From the IMG/VR virus record IMGVR_UViG_3300037424_001682, positions 1 to 64,000 of that record: a stretch of 64,000 bases of DNA; one strand, given 5' to 3'. The notes under the pieces were generated by a model. The model ran no database searches and was not told the origin of the DNA. It saw nothing but the letters and a program-made list of their open reading frames with translations. Positions 20,012 to 30,400 of this stretch are shown here, one piece after another (the stretch's first letter is position 1; each line of letters starts with the position of its first letter). Made by a program: the position numbers and the translations under genes. This DNA comes from a virus (taxonomy: Duplodnaviria; Caudoviricetes).

Positions 20012-20423
20012 TTATCAAGCATATATTAATGCCATTAATTTAGCAAAACAAGCATTAAAATTCTATGCATCTTCTGATAGTTATGAAGAAAATATCACAT
20101 ATGGTTATAATCTAACTTCTAGAATTGAATTAGATAAAGGTCATCAAGCAAAATATGTACTTGATCTTATAGAAAAGTTAATTAAGGAAGATTATGCTAA
20201 TATTGAGAAAGAATTAAAACAAACATTAAAAGACGAAACATTTTATGCTCAGCAAGAATTTGAAATTAATAAAGCATTAAAATCAATGGTTAGCATTGTT
20301 GATGATGTTAAAGAACAATATGATGAATTGTTAAATTCTGGATTGTTCTTTGAAAAATTTCCTAACTTATCAGGTGATTGGGAAATAGATAAATATGAAT
20401 TTACAAACAAAATGTACAAATAA
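19998..20423 (+). CDS. hypothetical protein
   Basis: 141-aa ORF overlapping the KTSC stop. Confidence 0.6.
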   Translation: MNAIDYQAYINAINLAKQALKFYASSDSYEENITYGYNLTSRIELDKGHQAKYVLDLIEKLIKEDYANIEKELKQTLKDETFYAQQEFEINKALKSMVSIVDDVKEQYDELLNSGLFFEKFPNLSGDWEIDKYEFTNKMYK

Positions 20424-20515
20424 AATAGAAATTAAAAAATGAATTGGAAAAATCATGATAATTATCAAATATTCAACCATTAGAATCAAAAACAAATTTA
20501 CAAAAAATAATAGAT

Positions 20516-20872
20516 ATGAAGGATAATAAAATAAATAGTTTAAACGAATATCAAGATTTAGCATCTAAAACAGCAATATATCCACATGCTGGTGAAGGTA
20601 CAATATTAGGTTTAGCATATACTGCATTAGGGTTGGGTGAGGCAGGTGAAGTGCAAAATAAAGTAAAAAAAATAATTAGAGATGATAATAATATTATTTC
20701 TGATCAGAAAAAAATGGAAATTGCTAAAGAATTAGGGGGAAATTTATGGTACATTTCTCAATGTGCTAAAGAATTAGGATTTACATTAAGCGAAATTGCT
20801 ACAATTAACATTAACGAATTATATTCTCGTATGGAACGTGGTGTTATCACAGGAAGTGGAGATAATAGATAA
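20516..20872 (+). CDS. MazG-like nucleotide pyrophosphohydrolase
   Basis: NEYQ.LA.KTA, LGLGEAGEVQNKVKK, KELGGNLWYI...A..LG..LSEIA..NI.EL.SR..RG. Confidence 0.85.
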   Translation: MKDNKINSLNEYQDLASKTAIYPHAGEGTILGLAYTALGLGEAGEVQNKVKKIIRDDNNIISDQKKMEIAKELGGNLWYISQCAKELGFTLSEIATININELYSRMERGVITGSGDNR

Positions 20873-20991
20873 TAAATAACAATACATATTATGGAAAACA
20901 TTAAAGAAAAAATACAAAAAGCAATTGAAGAAAACTTACCCAAACAAATGATATTAGAAAATAATAAATAATAATAAATTTATTAATTATT

Positions 20992-22587
20992 TTATGCAAA
21001 AACTTTGTCTTGCTTAATATCATAACACTCAACTATATGGCTTTTTATCTTGGATTTTGATAATTTCTTTGGTCTATATAATCCCTTTTCTTTAATCATC
21101 AACGATTTCCTTAGAACATCTAAGACCATCCTATCCTCAATCATTTTAGCTGAATGAGTATCCGCATTGGACTTGTGTCCACATGAGATACATTCAAATT
21201 CTTCTTGTACTTTCCTGTTATCCCTTGTTACACTACCACAACATTCACATGTTTGAGATGTATAATAAGGTTGAACGAAAGTAACTTGTATGTTATTCTT
21301 ATCCCCAATACTCTTTACAATATTCTTTATTGAAGATAGATTTAGTAATTTAACCAATCTTGAATATTTAAATCCCTCATATTCATCACTCTTTGTGAAT
21401 GATTTACCGAACACCCCCAAATCTTCAAGTATTAAATGATTAAATCCCTTATCTTTTGTTTGTTTAACTAAGACACTTGATTTCCTTTTAAGCATATCAG
21501 TTATCTTAATCTTAAACTTTGTAAGTTTAATCGTATCTTTTATAGATAATTTACTGTTTTTCTCTTTTCTTGTTTTTTTATCATCAAGCTCTTTTAAAAA
21601 TTTTACATAATCATTAAATAAATCTCTATCATAATCAATAATATTACCATATTTATCAACAAATAAATTATGTTTAACATTAATATCTATACCATAATAA
21701 TCTGTTTTATATTTAACTTCATTAATAAATTTTGGTTTTGATAATATAACTCTTATCTTATTTCCTTCAAAACATATTTTATATGAAATTACCCTTTGTC
21801 CTTTCTTATTAGGTTTTTTATAATAATATTTTAAATTACCATGATAATTCCTTGAATATTTTATTGGTATATGAATTTTACCGTCATCTGTTTTTTGTCC
21901 TGATAAAGAAATAAAACAATTATATAGAGATTCTTGGTTTTTATTCTTATTTATTATGTTAATTTTTTGTTCAGTACAAGAAGTAAACGATAATGAAGTA
22001 AAGGTTATTGAATGTTTTGTTAAACTATTTATTATATTATTTTGTTTATTTTTAACTAAATTAAGTAATCTATTTTCATATTTATCAATATAATACAAAA
22101 CATCATTTCTTAATTCTGTATTATTATTTTCTTTAAGATAATCAATTAATTTATCATGATAATATTTAACAAGATAACTAACTACCTTAGTTAATTTAGT
22201 TTCTTTAAACACTATCTCTTTATCTTTTAAATCACCTTTTTTATTATTTTTTGTATTAACTTTATAATAAGCATATTTTATTTCTTTTTGTATTTTTGAT
22301 TTACTTTTTTTATTAAAAGAACTTATTTTATTTTCATAAGCAACGTATGTATCTGATATTGCATTAGAAATATCTTGATTATTACAAGAATTTAATTTAC
22401 ATCTAAAATGATTTATCCAATCAAATTTAGATAAGTTAAAGAAATGTATAGGATTATTACAAACTTCAGTAGAAATGTTATTTTTAAAATCTCTTAATTG
22501 CAATGCTTTATTATACAAAATATCATATTTACCTATATTTAGGTTATCAGAATAGAAAGAATATGATTTTTGTGTAAGTTGTGGCAT
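20992..22587 (-). CDS. tnpB: TnpB RNA-guided endonuclease (IS607-associated)
   Basis: RuvC-I YGIDIN, RuvC-II LILEDL, YTSQTCECCG...FECISCGH zinc ribbon, RuvC-III NADTHSA. Confidence 0.9.
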   Translation of the reverse strand: MPQLTQKSYSFYSDNLNIGKYDILYNKALQLRDFKNNISTEVCNNPIHFFNLSKFDWINHFRCKLNSCNNQDISNAISDTYVAYENKISSFNKKSKSKIQKEIKYAYYKVNTKNNKKGDLKDKEIVFKETKLTKVVSYLVKYYHDKLIDYLKENNNTELRNDVLYYIDKYENRLLNLVKNKQNNIINSLTKHSITFTSLSFTSCTEQKINIINKNKNQESLYNCFISLSGQKTDDGKIHIPIKYSRNYHGNLKYYYKKPNKKGQRVISYKICFEGNKIRVILSKPKFINEVKYKTDYYGIDINVKHNLFVDKYGNIIDYDRDLFNDYVKFLKELDDKKTRKEKNSKLSIKDTIKLTKFKIKITDMLKRKSSVLVKQTKDKGFNHLILEDLGVFGKSFTKSDEYEGFKYSRLVKLLNLSSIKNIVKSIGDKNNIQVTFVQPYYTSQTCECCGSVTRDNRKVQEEFECISCGHKSNADTHSAKMIEDRMVLDVLRKSLMIKEKGLYRPKKLSKSKIKSHIVECYDIKQDKVFA

Positions 22588-22594
22588 TTTATAG

Positions 22595-23182
22595 TTAATT
22601 TGTCAAATTTTTTATTAGTTTTTCTGTATTTCTTTTACTTCTTCTATTTCCATATATTCTTGAACAAAATGAGGTAATAATTGAAACAAAATCTTCGATA
22701 AGGTCTTCTTTTTCAGATGTTATGTTATTAACCACTTCAATTTCTTTTCCCAAAACTTCGGTAAACAATTGAAAATAATTAAATCCGAATCTAGTTAATC
22801 TATCTTTATGTTCAACAACTATCTTACTATATTTATTATCTTTTAATATTTTAGATAATTTCGGTCTTTGGTCGTTAACACCGGATGCAATTTCAATTAC
22901 TACTTCACCAACCTTATAGCCTTTTGCATTACAATAATTTATTAATCTTTCTTTTTGTGTTTCAAGATTAGATTTATTTTCAGAAGAAGACACTCTACAA
23001 TAAATAATAACATATTCTTCTTTATGTTCTTTAATACCCAATAATCTATTATATGTTTCAAGAGAAACAAAATTTCTATTTGTCTTAGATTTAATAAATT
23101 CGATATCACCTTTCAAACGCCAGTTATAAATTGTAGCTTTTGTCACGCTCAAGTCTTTAGCTAATTTAGATAGTTTAATCAT
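22595..23182 (-). CDS. tnpA: IS607 serine transposase TnpA
   Basis: N-terminal HTH, YCRVSS, IASGVNDQRPKL, VVEHKDRLTRFGF, EDLIEDFVSIITSFCSRIYG. Confidence 0.93.
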   Translation of the reverse strand: MIKLSKLAKDLSVTKATIYNWRLKGDIEFIKSKTNRNFVSLETYNRLLGIKEHKEEYVIIYCRVSSSENKSNLETQKERLINYCNAKGYKVGEVVIEIASGVNDQRPKLSKILKDNKYSKIVVEHKDRLTRFGFNYFQLFTEVLGKEIEVVNNITSEKEDLIEDFVSIITSFCSRIYGNRRSKRNTEKLIKNLTN

Positions 23183-23197
23183 AAAAAGTTATTTAAG

Positions 23198-23206
23198 TAT
23201 AAATAC
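23198..23206 (-). promoter_or_regulatory. GTATTTATA motif upstream of IS607 tnpA
   Basis: 15 nt upstream of the tnpA start. Confidence 0.55.
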
Positions 23207-23235
23207 TAAATTTTTTAAAAAAAACGTCAAATTTT

Positions 23236-23267
23236 ATTGTTTTTTTATTAATTTTTATTTATCTTTG
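23236..23267 (+). promoter_or_regulatory. Bacteroidota-type sigma70 promoter
   Basis: ATTG (23236-23239), 20-nt spacer, TATCTTTG (23260-23267), upstream of ORF 23312. Confidence 0.55.
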
Positions 23268-23311
23268 TATTTAGATTCAATGGTTAAGCAGACGGTAAAA
23301 AAACAACCTTA

Positions 23312-23569
23312 ATGACAATAATTCTATGGATATTAATTACATTATCTATAATTTCAAATCTTTTTTTAGCTATTGCGTATTTCATCTTAATTAAAAAAGT
23401 GACACCATTATCAAAAAAAGAAAAGGAATTTATTGAATTTGCTGTAAATATGTATATTAAATATGCAGAAGAATTAGAAATTACCTCACCTGAACAGCAC
23501 GAATATATTGTAAAAGAATTAGAGAAAATTAAAAAAAGATATTTAAATGAACAGACAGAAAATAATTAA
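23312..23569 (+). CDS. small membrane protein
   Basis: N-terminal hydrophobic stretch IILWILITLSIISNLFLAIAYFILI. Confidence 0.65.
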   Translation: MTIILWILITLSIISNLFLAIAYFILIKKVTPLSKKEKEFIEFAVNMYIKYAEELEITSPEQHEYIVKELEKIKKRYLNEQTENN

Positions 23570-23606
23570 TTACTTTCCTGATAAAGAATTTATTTTTATC
23601 AATGGT

Positions 23607-25125
23607 ATCATATCTAATCATATTTAATGTAGACAAATATACAAAACTTTTGACTTTTATTAAAAATAATTTAGTTTTTTTTATGAAAATGTTGAAATTT
23701 AATTTTTTTATTAGTATTTATTATTGGTGGGTATATATACCCAAATTATCAAATGTTATTAACTGAATCACATATAATTAAACGTTCTCATTCTTTTTAT
23801 AAAGAAATTGATTTATTGTGTTTTAAATCAAAAAATCTTTATAATTATGCTAATTATATTGTGAGACAAAAGTTTATTGAAACATCTAAACTAAAAGAAC
23901 GGGGTTTAAAACAAAACGCTGAATGGATCAGATATCACCAGCTACATAGTATGCTTCTTGATCAAGTTGATTATACTGCGCTCCCTGCTAAAGTCTCTCA
24001 ACAGGTTTTGTTAAACCTGGACAGAAACTGGAAATCATTTTTTGCTTCAATAAAAGATTGGGTCAAGAATCCTTCAAAATATAACGGTAGACCAAAGTTA
24101 CCAAAATATAAACACAAAACGAAGGGTAGGTTTGTTTTGAATTATACTTCTCAAGCTGTTTCCAAAACAGAATTAAGAAAAGGGTTTGTGAAGTTGTCCC
24201 TGACAAACATAAAAATAAAGTACATTAACAACCAATATCCCATACGACAGGTAAGGATAGTACCATTAAAAAATAAGAATTATAAAGTAGAGATAATTTA
24301 TGATAGAAACATAGTTAAATACAGTAGTCAGAAACATGCTTTAATGTCAATAGACTTAGGAGTTAATAATTTTGCAACCATAACGACAAATCAAAAAGGG
24401 GTGTCCCCTATGGTGATTAAAGGTGGAATACTAAAATCAATTAACCAATATTATAATAAGCAGTTGTCAAAATACAAATCTGAGTTACCATATTATAATT
24501 TTACCAATAAAGATGATAACACAGAAAAGAAACAAGTTTCTTATTCTAACAAGATTTACGGATTAACAAGAAAGAGAAACAATAAGATTAATTATTGGAT
24601 GCATTTGTATTCAAAAAGGATCGTTGAATATTGTTTGAAAAACAATATAGGAGAAATTGTTGTCGGAGTTAACAAGGGCTGGAAGCAAGAAACTGAAATG
24701 GGTAAGAAGAACAATCAGAATTTTGTAACTCTTCCTTATTCTAAATTCAGACAGATGTTAGAATACAAAACAGAGTTGGCGGGCATTAAATACAAAGAAC
24801 AGGAAGAGAGTTATACATCAAAAGCATCCTTTTTAAATTTAGATCCTATACCAGTGTACAGAAAGAATAATAAAGAGAATTATAAATTTTCTGGATACAG
24901 GGTTAGTGGTAAGAGGGGATTGTATAAAATAAAAAACAACACATTACCACAAGGTAAAGAACTACGTATTAACTCAGATGTAAATGGGTCGTATAACATC
25001 TTAAGAAAAGCATTCCCCAATGAGTTTTCGGAGGGGATAGAGGGCATTGTAGTATGTCCAGTGATATTTGATTTAGATCAGATGCACAAAGCAGAGACTG
25101 TTAACAAAAGTTAAGGGTTTTTGTT
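23607..25125 (+). mobile_element. non-autonomous IS200/IS605-superfamily element (solo tnpB); ends approximate
   Basis: tnpB without an adjacent Y1 tnpA; palindrome TGGGTATATATACCCA at 23728-23743; hairpin GGGCAT-TGTAGT-ATGTCC at 25042-25059 near the right end. Confidence 0.6.
23753..25114 (+). CDS. tnpB: TnpB-family RNA-guided endonuclease
   Basis: SKNLYNYANY, PKLPKYK, RuvC-I SIDLGVNN, EESYTSKASFL, RuvC-III INSDVNGSYNILRK. Confidence 0.9.
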   Translation: MLLTESHIIKRSHSFYKEIDLLCFKSKNLYNYANYIVRQKFIETSKLKERGLKQNAEWIRYHQLHSMLLDQVDYTALPAKVSQQVLLNLDRNWKSFFASIKDWVKNPSKYNGRPKLPKYKHKTKGRFVLNYTSQAVSKTELRKGFVKLSLTNIKIKYINNQYPIRQVRIVPLKNKNYKVEIIYDRNIVKYSSQKHALMSIDLGVNNFATITTNQKGVSPMVIKGGILKSINQYYNKQLSKYKSELPYYNFTNKDDNTEKKQVSYSNKIYGLTRKRNNKINYWMHLYSKRIVEYCLKNNIGEIVVGVNKGWKQETEMGKKNNQNFVTLPYSKFRQMLEYKTELAGIKYKEQEESYTSKASFLNLDPIPVYRKNNKENYKFSGYRVSGKRGLYKIKNNTLPQGKELRINSDVNGSYNILRKAFPNEFSEGIEGIVVCPVIFDLDQMHKAETVNKS

Positions 25126-25295
25126 ACTATTACAACAAAATATATACTTGTTTATTCATCATTAAAATGTATTAATATTTTAAAGAAAGATATGCTTGAT
25201 ATTGAAGCAGTCGAATATTTTGAATCTAAAGTTGCAGGATTATATATGGGTGAAAAAACACCCATATTCATTCATGATCATCTTAATGATTTGTT

Positions 25296-25847
25296 TTATT
25301 GATCGCCCACTAAAAAAGGGACGGTATCTCCCTTGATGGGAATAGCTGTTATCTCTTTCCAGTATGGTCTGAAGCCAGCAATGGTTTTTTTTGTTGTATC
25401 TACTACATTTTGAGCATTTTCGACTTCATAATATCGTGGTCTATCTCCTGATAAATTATATTCAACAATATCTCCTCTATCTATTTCTAATTTTTTTTCT
25501 TCTAATTCTTTTAAATACACACCAATACGTATTGGTCCAGTATCGTCACGAACCATACCACCTTCGGTGAAAAATTTTTGAGTTTGATCATCAATATTCA
25601 CCATTGCATTTATTCTTATTGGAGGAAAGAATTTTTTGTCAGAAGGTTTTACTTGTCCGTAAGGATCATCATCATCAATTTTTGATTCAATAATATTAAT
25701 TTTATGGAAATTTACTTGATATATGACATCTGTATCTAAAAAATGTCTACCAAGTTCAACATCTAGATCAAAAGAACCATCCGTCATAAAAATTCCATAA
25801 CGATTTTCTTCTAAATCAGTAAATTGTAATTTACGCTTTCTTCCCAT
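25296..25847 (-). CDS. head closure/neck protein (gp14-like)
   Basis: downstream of the gp13-like gene; PIRINAMV...IGVYLKELEEKKLEIDRGDIV...RYYEV pattern of head-closure beta-barrels. Confidence 0.6.
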   Translation of the reverse strand: MGRKRKLQFTDLEENRYGIFMTDGSFDLDVELGRHFLDTDVIYQVNFHKINIIESKIDDDDPYGQVKPSDKKFFPPIRINAMVNIDDQTQKFFTEGGMVRDDTGPIRIGVYLKELEEKKLEIDRGDIVEYNLSGDRPRYYEVENAQNVVDTTKKTIAGFRPYWKEITAIPIKGDTVPFLVGDQ

Positions 25848-25982
25848 AATTTATTTCTGAAATATATTTATCATTTTCTTTATCATAATGAGTTTTAACA
25901 GATATAACTGATCTATCATCCCATATTTTTGAATTGATTAACTCTTTAATGTCTTTAAATTCTATTGTTTTTTCACTCATAA

Positions 25983-27101
25983 TTAAAATGCCATTATAGG
26001 ATATTGTGGTGGTTGAAATCCTCTTTCGCGGTTAACGTTTTCAGCAATTTTTGCTCTATCTTCAGTTAATTGTACTAAAGATAATTTATTTAATGTATCG
26101 AAAATTTTATCTCTGGTTTCGGTTTTTAACGTTTCCCCTTCATCTAATAAATGACGATAATCCATAGTAAGTTCTTTATCGGTTGCACCAATAGAGCCAG
26201 AAAAAAATCCTCGAATACCACCAATTACTATTTTAGTTTGAGCTATAAGTAAATCTCTTACTTGTTGTCTTGCTACAGAATTTAATCTATCCCAATCTAA
26301 CATATCAATAGACACATCTGATGGTAATCTTACTGTATCTTGGTTTTCAGCTAAACATTTATTCCTATCGGAAGTATCTGTATCATAATACCAATACCAT
26401 ACTTTTCTACCGGCATAATGTTTACCCCAACGATCAGGAATTTCGTTTCTATTCCCAGGAATTGGATATAAATGAAGCAATTTTCTACCATCTTCAAGGC
26501 CAGTGATTCTATATGTTAATTCAGATTGCAATACTCTTTGTTTCATACGTCTATCTTGTGCTGCAAGTAATACTGAAAATGTTGGTTGAACATACATTGC
26601 TGGACGACCTAAATATGACCATCCGAAATTACCTGATTGCCAATTAGATAATGCAAAGGGATCATTTAAACCACCACCTATTGATGGAGGCGTTTCCCAA
26701 AGAACTTCATTTACTTCTCTACCAGCAGGTATAAGATAATGTTGAGTATTTCCAGAAGTAACAATATAATCTCTTTTTAATTCCCACCCTTGTGCTGCTG
26801 GTGCATTGACACCTAAACCAACTTGTTTTGAATATGCAAAAGTAAATGAACGCATAAAATCATTTGATTTTGTGGTAAATGCATTAAAAAAAGTATTATC
26901 ATCTATTTCTATTCCTTGTAAACCCACCCATTGTTGTTGAATAAGCCATTCATTAACGTATGATGAATAATCTTCAATAACTATTTCTAAATATGAATCC
27001 ATCATTTCGTCATTAACCTGTATTGGTCGAACAGGATATCCTAAAGCATGTTTTACTTTAAGAAATAATTTATTTCGTTCAACGGTTGATATTAATGTCA
27101 T
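25983..27101 (-). CDS. neck/head-tail adaptor protein (gp13-like)
   Basis: VKHALGYPVRPIQVNDEMM N-terminus resembles gp13 (RLGxPxxxVE); C-terminal KIVIGGIRG..G...LTMD...LLDEG. Confidence 0.7.
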   Translation of the reverse strand: MTLISTVERNKLFLKVKHALGYPVRPIQVNDEMMDSYLEIVIEDYSSYVNEWLIQQQWVGLQGIEIDDNTFFNAFTTKSNDFMRSFTFAYSKQVGLGVNAPAAQGWELKRDYIVTSGNTQHYLIPAGREVNEVLWETPPSIGGGLNDPFALSNWQSGNFGWSYLGRPAMYVQPTFSVLLAAQDRRMKQRVLQSELTYRITGLEDGRKLLHLYPIPGNRNEIPDRWGKHYAGRKVWYWYYDTDTSDRNKCLAENQDTVRLPSDVSIDMLDWDRLNSVARQQVRDLLIAQTKIVIGGIRGFFSGSIGATDKELTMDYRHLLDEGETLKTETRDKIFDTLNKLSLVQLTEDRAKIAENVNRERGFQPPQYPIMAF

Positions 27102-27125
27102 TTTTTTTTATATTTGTTCTTTTAA

Positions 27126-27134
27126 TATAAATAC
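27126..27134 (-). promoter_or_regulatory. putative late promoter GTATTTATA
   Basis: upstream of the neck gene 27101. Confidence 0.65.
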
Positions 27135-27142
27135 GTTTAATA

Positions 27143-27460
27143 ATGCATAAATTTGAATACGAAATAAGATTAAATGATTTAGGTGCACCATATATTTATG
27201 TTGTTGAGGGGGTTAAAGAATCAGAACATAAGTTTATGTTTTTAGAAATGTCCAGAAATTTAATATATGGAATAATTAAATCTATGGAAAAAAAGAAGAA
27301 CGAAGGTAAATCAACGTTGAGTGATAATGATATGGAAAAAATAGTTCAAACATTTAACATATTAAGCCAACTTTCAGATGAAGCAAGTCTTTTATATATA
27401 GCACAAAAAGAAATTAATGATGAATTAGATGACATACTCGGAAATGAAAGAATTAACTAA
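27143..27460 (+). CDS. hypothetical protein
   Basis: 105-aa ORF divergent from the neck genes. Confidence 0.6.
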   Translation: MHKFEYEIRLNDLGAPYIYVVEGVKESEHKFMFLEMSRNLIYGIIKSMEKKKNEGKSTLSDNDMEKIVQTFNILSQLSDEASLLYIAQKEINDELDDILGNERIN

Positions 27461-27471
27461 AAAAATTAATT

Positions 27472-30400
27472 ATGTTTACTAATACGGCAGAACAGAATAA
27501 AATAGAAGAATATTTTCAATTTGATAGTAGAAATTTATTAATTGAAGCACTCGCAGGGTGTGGTAAAACGCATACTATTGTAAATGCTGTTAGATTATTA
27601 CCTCCTAATTCAAAAATAACTTTTTTAGCATTTAATAAACACATTCAAACTGAATTAAAATTAAAATTACCAAACAACGTATATTGCTATACATCACATG
27701 GTCTTGGTAGAGGTGGTATAACTAGAAAATATAAGGATGCTGAATTAGATGAATTTAAAATAGATAAAATAATCACTACAAAGGCAAAAAAATGGGATTT
27801 AAGTGATTTTGCGTATGAAGAAGAATTGGAATTATATTTAAAATCAATAAAACAATTAACTTCATTATGTAAATTAACACTTACAACACAAAAAAAGAAG
27901 ATTCCAGACCTTGCAGATAAATATAATGTACCGATTTTTACTGATAAAGATGTGAATCGTGTATTATCAATATTAGAAACGTCTATTAATGATAAAAAAA
28001 CATATGATTTTGATGATATGGTGTTTTTACCTGCTGTTGATCCTAAAATATGGTTATTTCCACAAGATTATGTACTTGTTGATGAATGTTTTCCACATAA
28101 CCAATATATTTCAACAGAAATCGGAAAGAAAAAAATAGGTCATTTAGCTAAAATGTTTGAAACTGGTAAAACAATGCCAAAAGTGGAAACATTTAATGAA
28201 CAAACCAAATCATTCGAAAAGAAAAATATTGTAAAAGTTTGGTGTAACGGCGAAAGAGATATTTATGAAGTTGTTGTTGGTGGGAAAAGAAAAATTAAAT
28301 CAACAAAAAACCACAAATATTTGACTCTTAATGGCTGGAAAAGATTAGATGAATTAAAATTTGGTGATGCAATATTATCTAATTATTCTGACCAACCATA
28401 TCGTGGAGTACTTAATGAACCACAAGAAGATATATTTATTGGTAGTATGTTAGGTGATGGTTCATTACATAATTTATCTAAAAACATTTCAAGAATAAGG
28501 ATTATTCATGGAAAGGAACAAAAAGACTATATTGAATGGAAAGCATCTTTTTTTAATTCTAATGTTGAATTAGTTGAAGAAAATGGTTTTGCAAATAAAA
28601 TTGCATATAGATTCACATCTAAAGGATTTTATTTTGATGATAAATATAAAGATGTTAAGAATATTATTGATAATATCACATTAAAATCTTTAGCTATTGC
28701 TTGGATGGATGATGGGAATATATCATCAAATTATTATTCATCAAGATTATATTCGTGTGCCGAAAGTAAAGAACATTCAGAGTATTTGTCTGAAAAAATG
28801 GAAAAAATGTGGAAAATCAAATCACAAGTAAAGTCGGAATTATCGTCTTCAACAAAAAAAGAATATTTTTGGTTGTTGTTTAATAAGGAAAATACCGAAA
28901 GATTGAGTAATTTAATTTCCCAATTTATTCACCCAAGTATGGAATATAAAATTTGTCCTAAAGATAGAAAAAATATTAATCAAAACGCTTGGAATTTTGA
29001 TAATAATCAATATGGGTGTATGATTGTTACGAAAGAAGCGAAATATATAAAAACAGATAATGTTTATGATATGGAAGTTGAAGATAATCATAACTTCATA
29101 ATAACACCCCAAACCTATACCAAAACAGTAAAAGCGAAAGATTATGGATTTATTGCACACAATTGTCAGGATATGAATAGGGCACAACAAGAATTGATTA
29201 AAAAAATACTAAAAAAAGATAATAAAACTGGTGAAATTATTGGTAGATTAATTTCTGTTGGTGATAAACATCAATGTCAACCAAAAGGGACAAAAATTTT
29301 AATGTCTGACGGTACAGAAAAAAATATTGAAGATATTAAAATTGGTGATTTAGTAGTTTCATATAATAGAAAAGAAAAGGGTCAATTCGTCGGAAAATAT
29401 ATTAGAAAGGTTAGTGATCGGTTAAGAAATAAAGCACCAAAGGTTGAAAAAATTTCAAAAAGAAAAATAAATGAAAATCTTATAAAAGTTTCATCTAACA
29501 ATAAATTTTCTTTATATACTTCTAATCATAAAGTTATGGTTAGATTTAAAAAAGAATCATTAAATAAATACGTTTTATATTTAATGAGAAAAGATATTCA
29601 TTACAGAATTGGTATTGTTAAATTATGGAACGGTAAAAATGATTTTGGAGCATTTAGAGCAAGACAAGAAAATGCTGATGATTTTTGGATATTAAAAACA
29701 TATGATAATAAATTTGATGCATATACTGATGAACAATATTATTCGTTAGAATATAAAATACCTCAATTAATTTTTAATTATAGAGATCAGAAAGGTAATA
29801 TTAATCAAACCTATATTAATAAGTTTTATAATAAAATTAATAAGGAAGAATTATTAAACAATTCAAATAAGCTATTAAATTTATTTGGCAGAGATATTAG
29901 ATATCCTTTTTGGTCAAAAGAAAATAATAATTATTTTAGTAGAAATCATATGTTTGAATTACATGCTTGTAACATAATTGAAAATGATATGCAAATGATT
30001 CATTTTGATGACTCAAACATAACACTTAGAACACACGGTAAAACTAAAAGAACAAATAAAATAATTAGACCAACTTATCATAATATTGACGGATTATCGA
30101 AAGAATTTTATTCTGATTATGTTTATTCCTTAAAAATTAGTAAATATGAATTATATGTTGCAGATGGAATATTAACACATAATAGTATCTACGGATTTTC
30201 AGGATCAGATTCTAATTCATTTGAATGGTTTAGAAAATACCCTAACACAATAACATTGCCATTAACAACAACATTTAGATGTTCTAAAGAAGTTGTTAAA
30301 CATGCAAATAAAATAGTTCCAGATTTAAAAGCGATGGAAAATGCTCCACGTGGTTCAGTTAAAAATGGTGATGTTTTAAAGGAAGCCCGTAGCGGTGATT

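Larger units (their letters stand above)
20975..23250 (-). mobile_element. IS607-family insertion sequence (tnpA + tnpB); ends approximate
   Basis: serine-recombinase tnpA followed 7 nt later by tnpB on the same strand; element ends not resolved. Confidence 0.75.
23547..25302 (+). pseudogene. small phage gene split by the solo-tnpB insertion
   Basis: 5' piece from 23547 (MNRQKIINYFPDKEFIFING) and 3' piece 25141-25302 (YILVYSSLKCINILKKDMLDIEAVEYFESKVAGLYMGEKTPIFI) lacking a start codon upstream; together they resemble a recurring small phage protein, recognised from memory only. Confidence 0.55.

Noticed and set aside
23570-23752. IStron (group I intron) that would restore the split gene
   Set aside because: The non-coding 5' segment is under 200 nt and AT-rich, with no recognisable group I core elements
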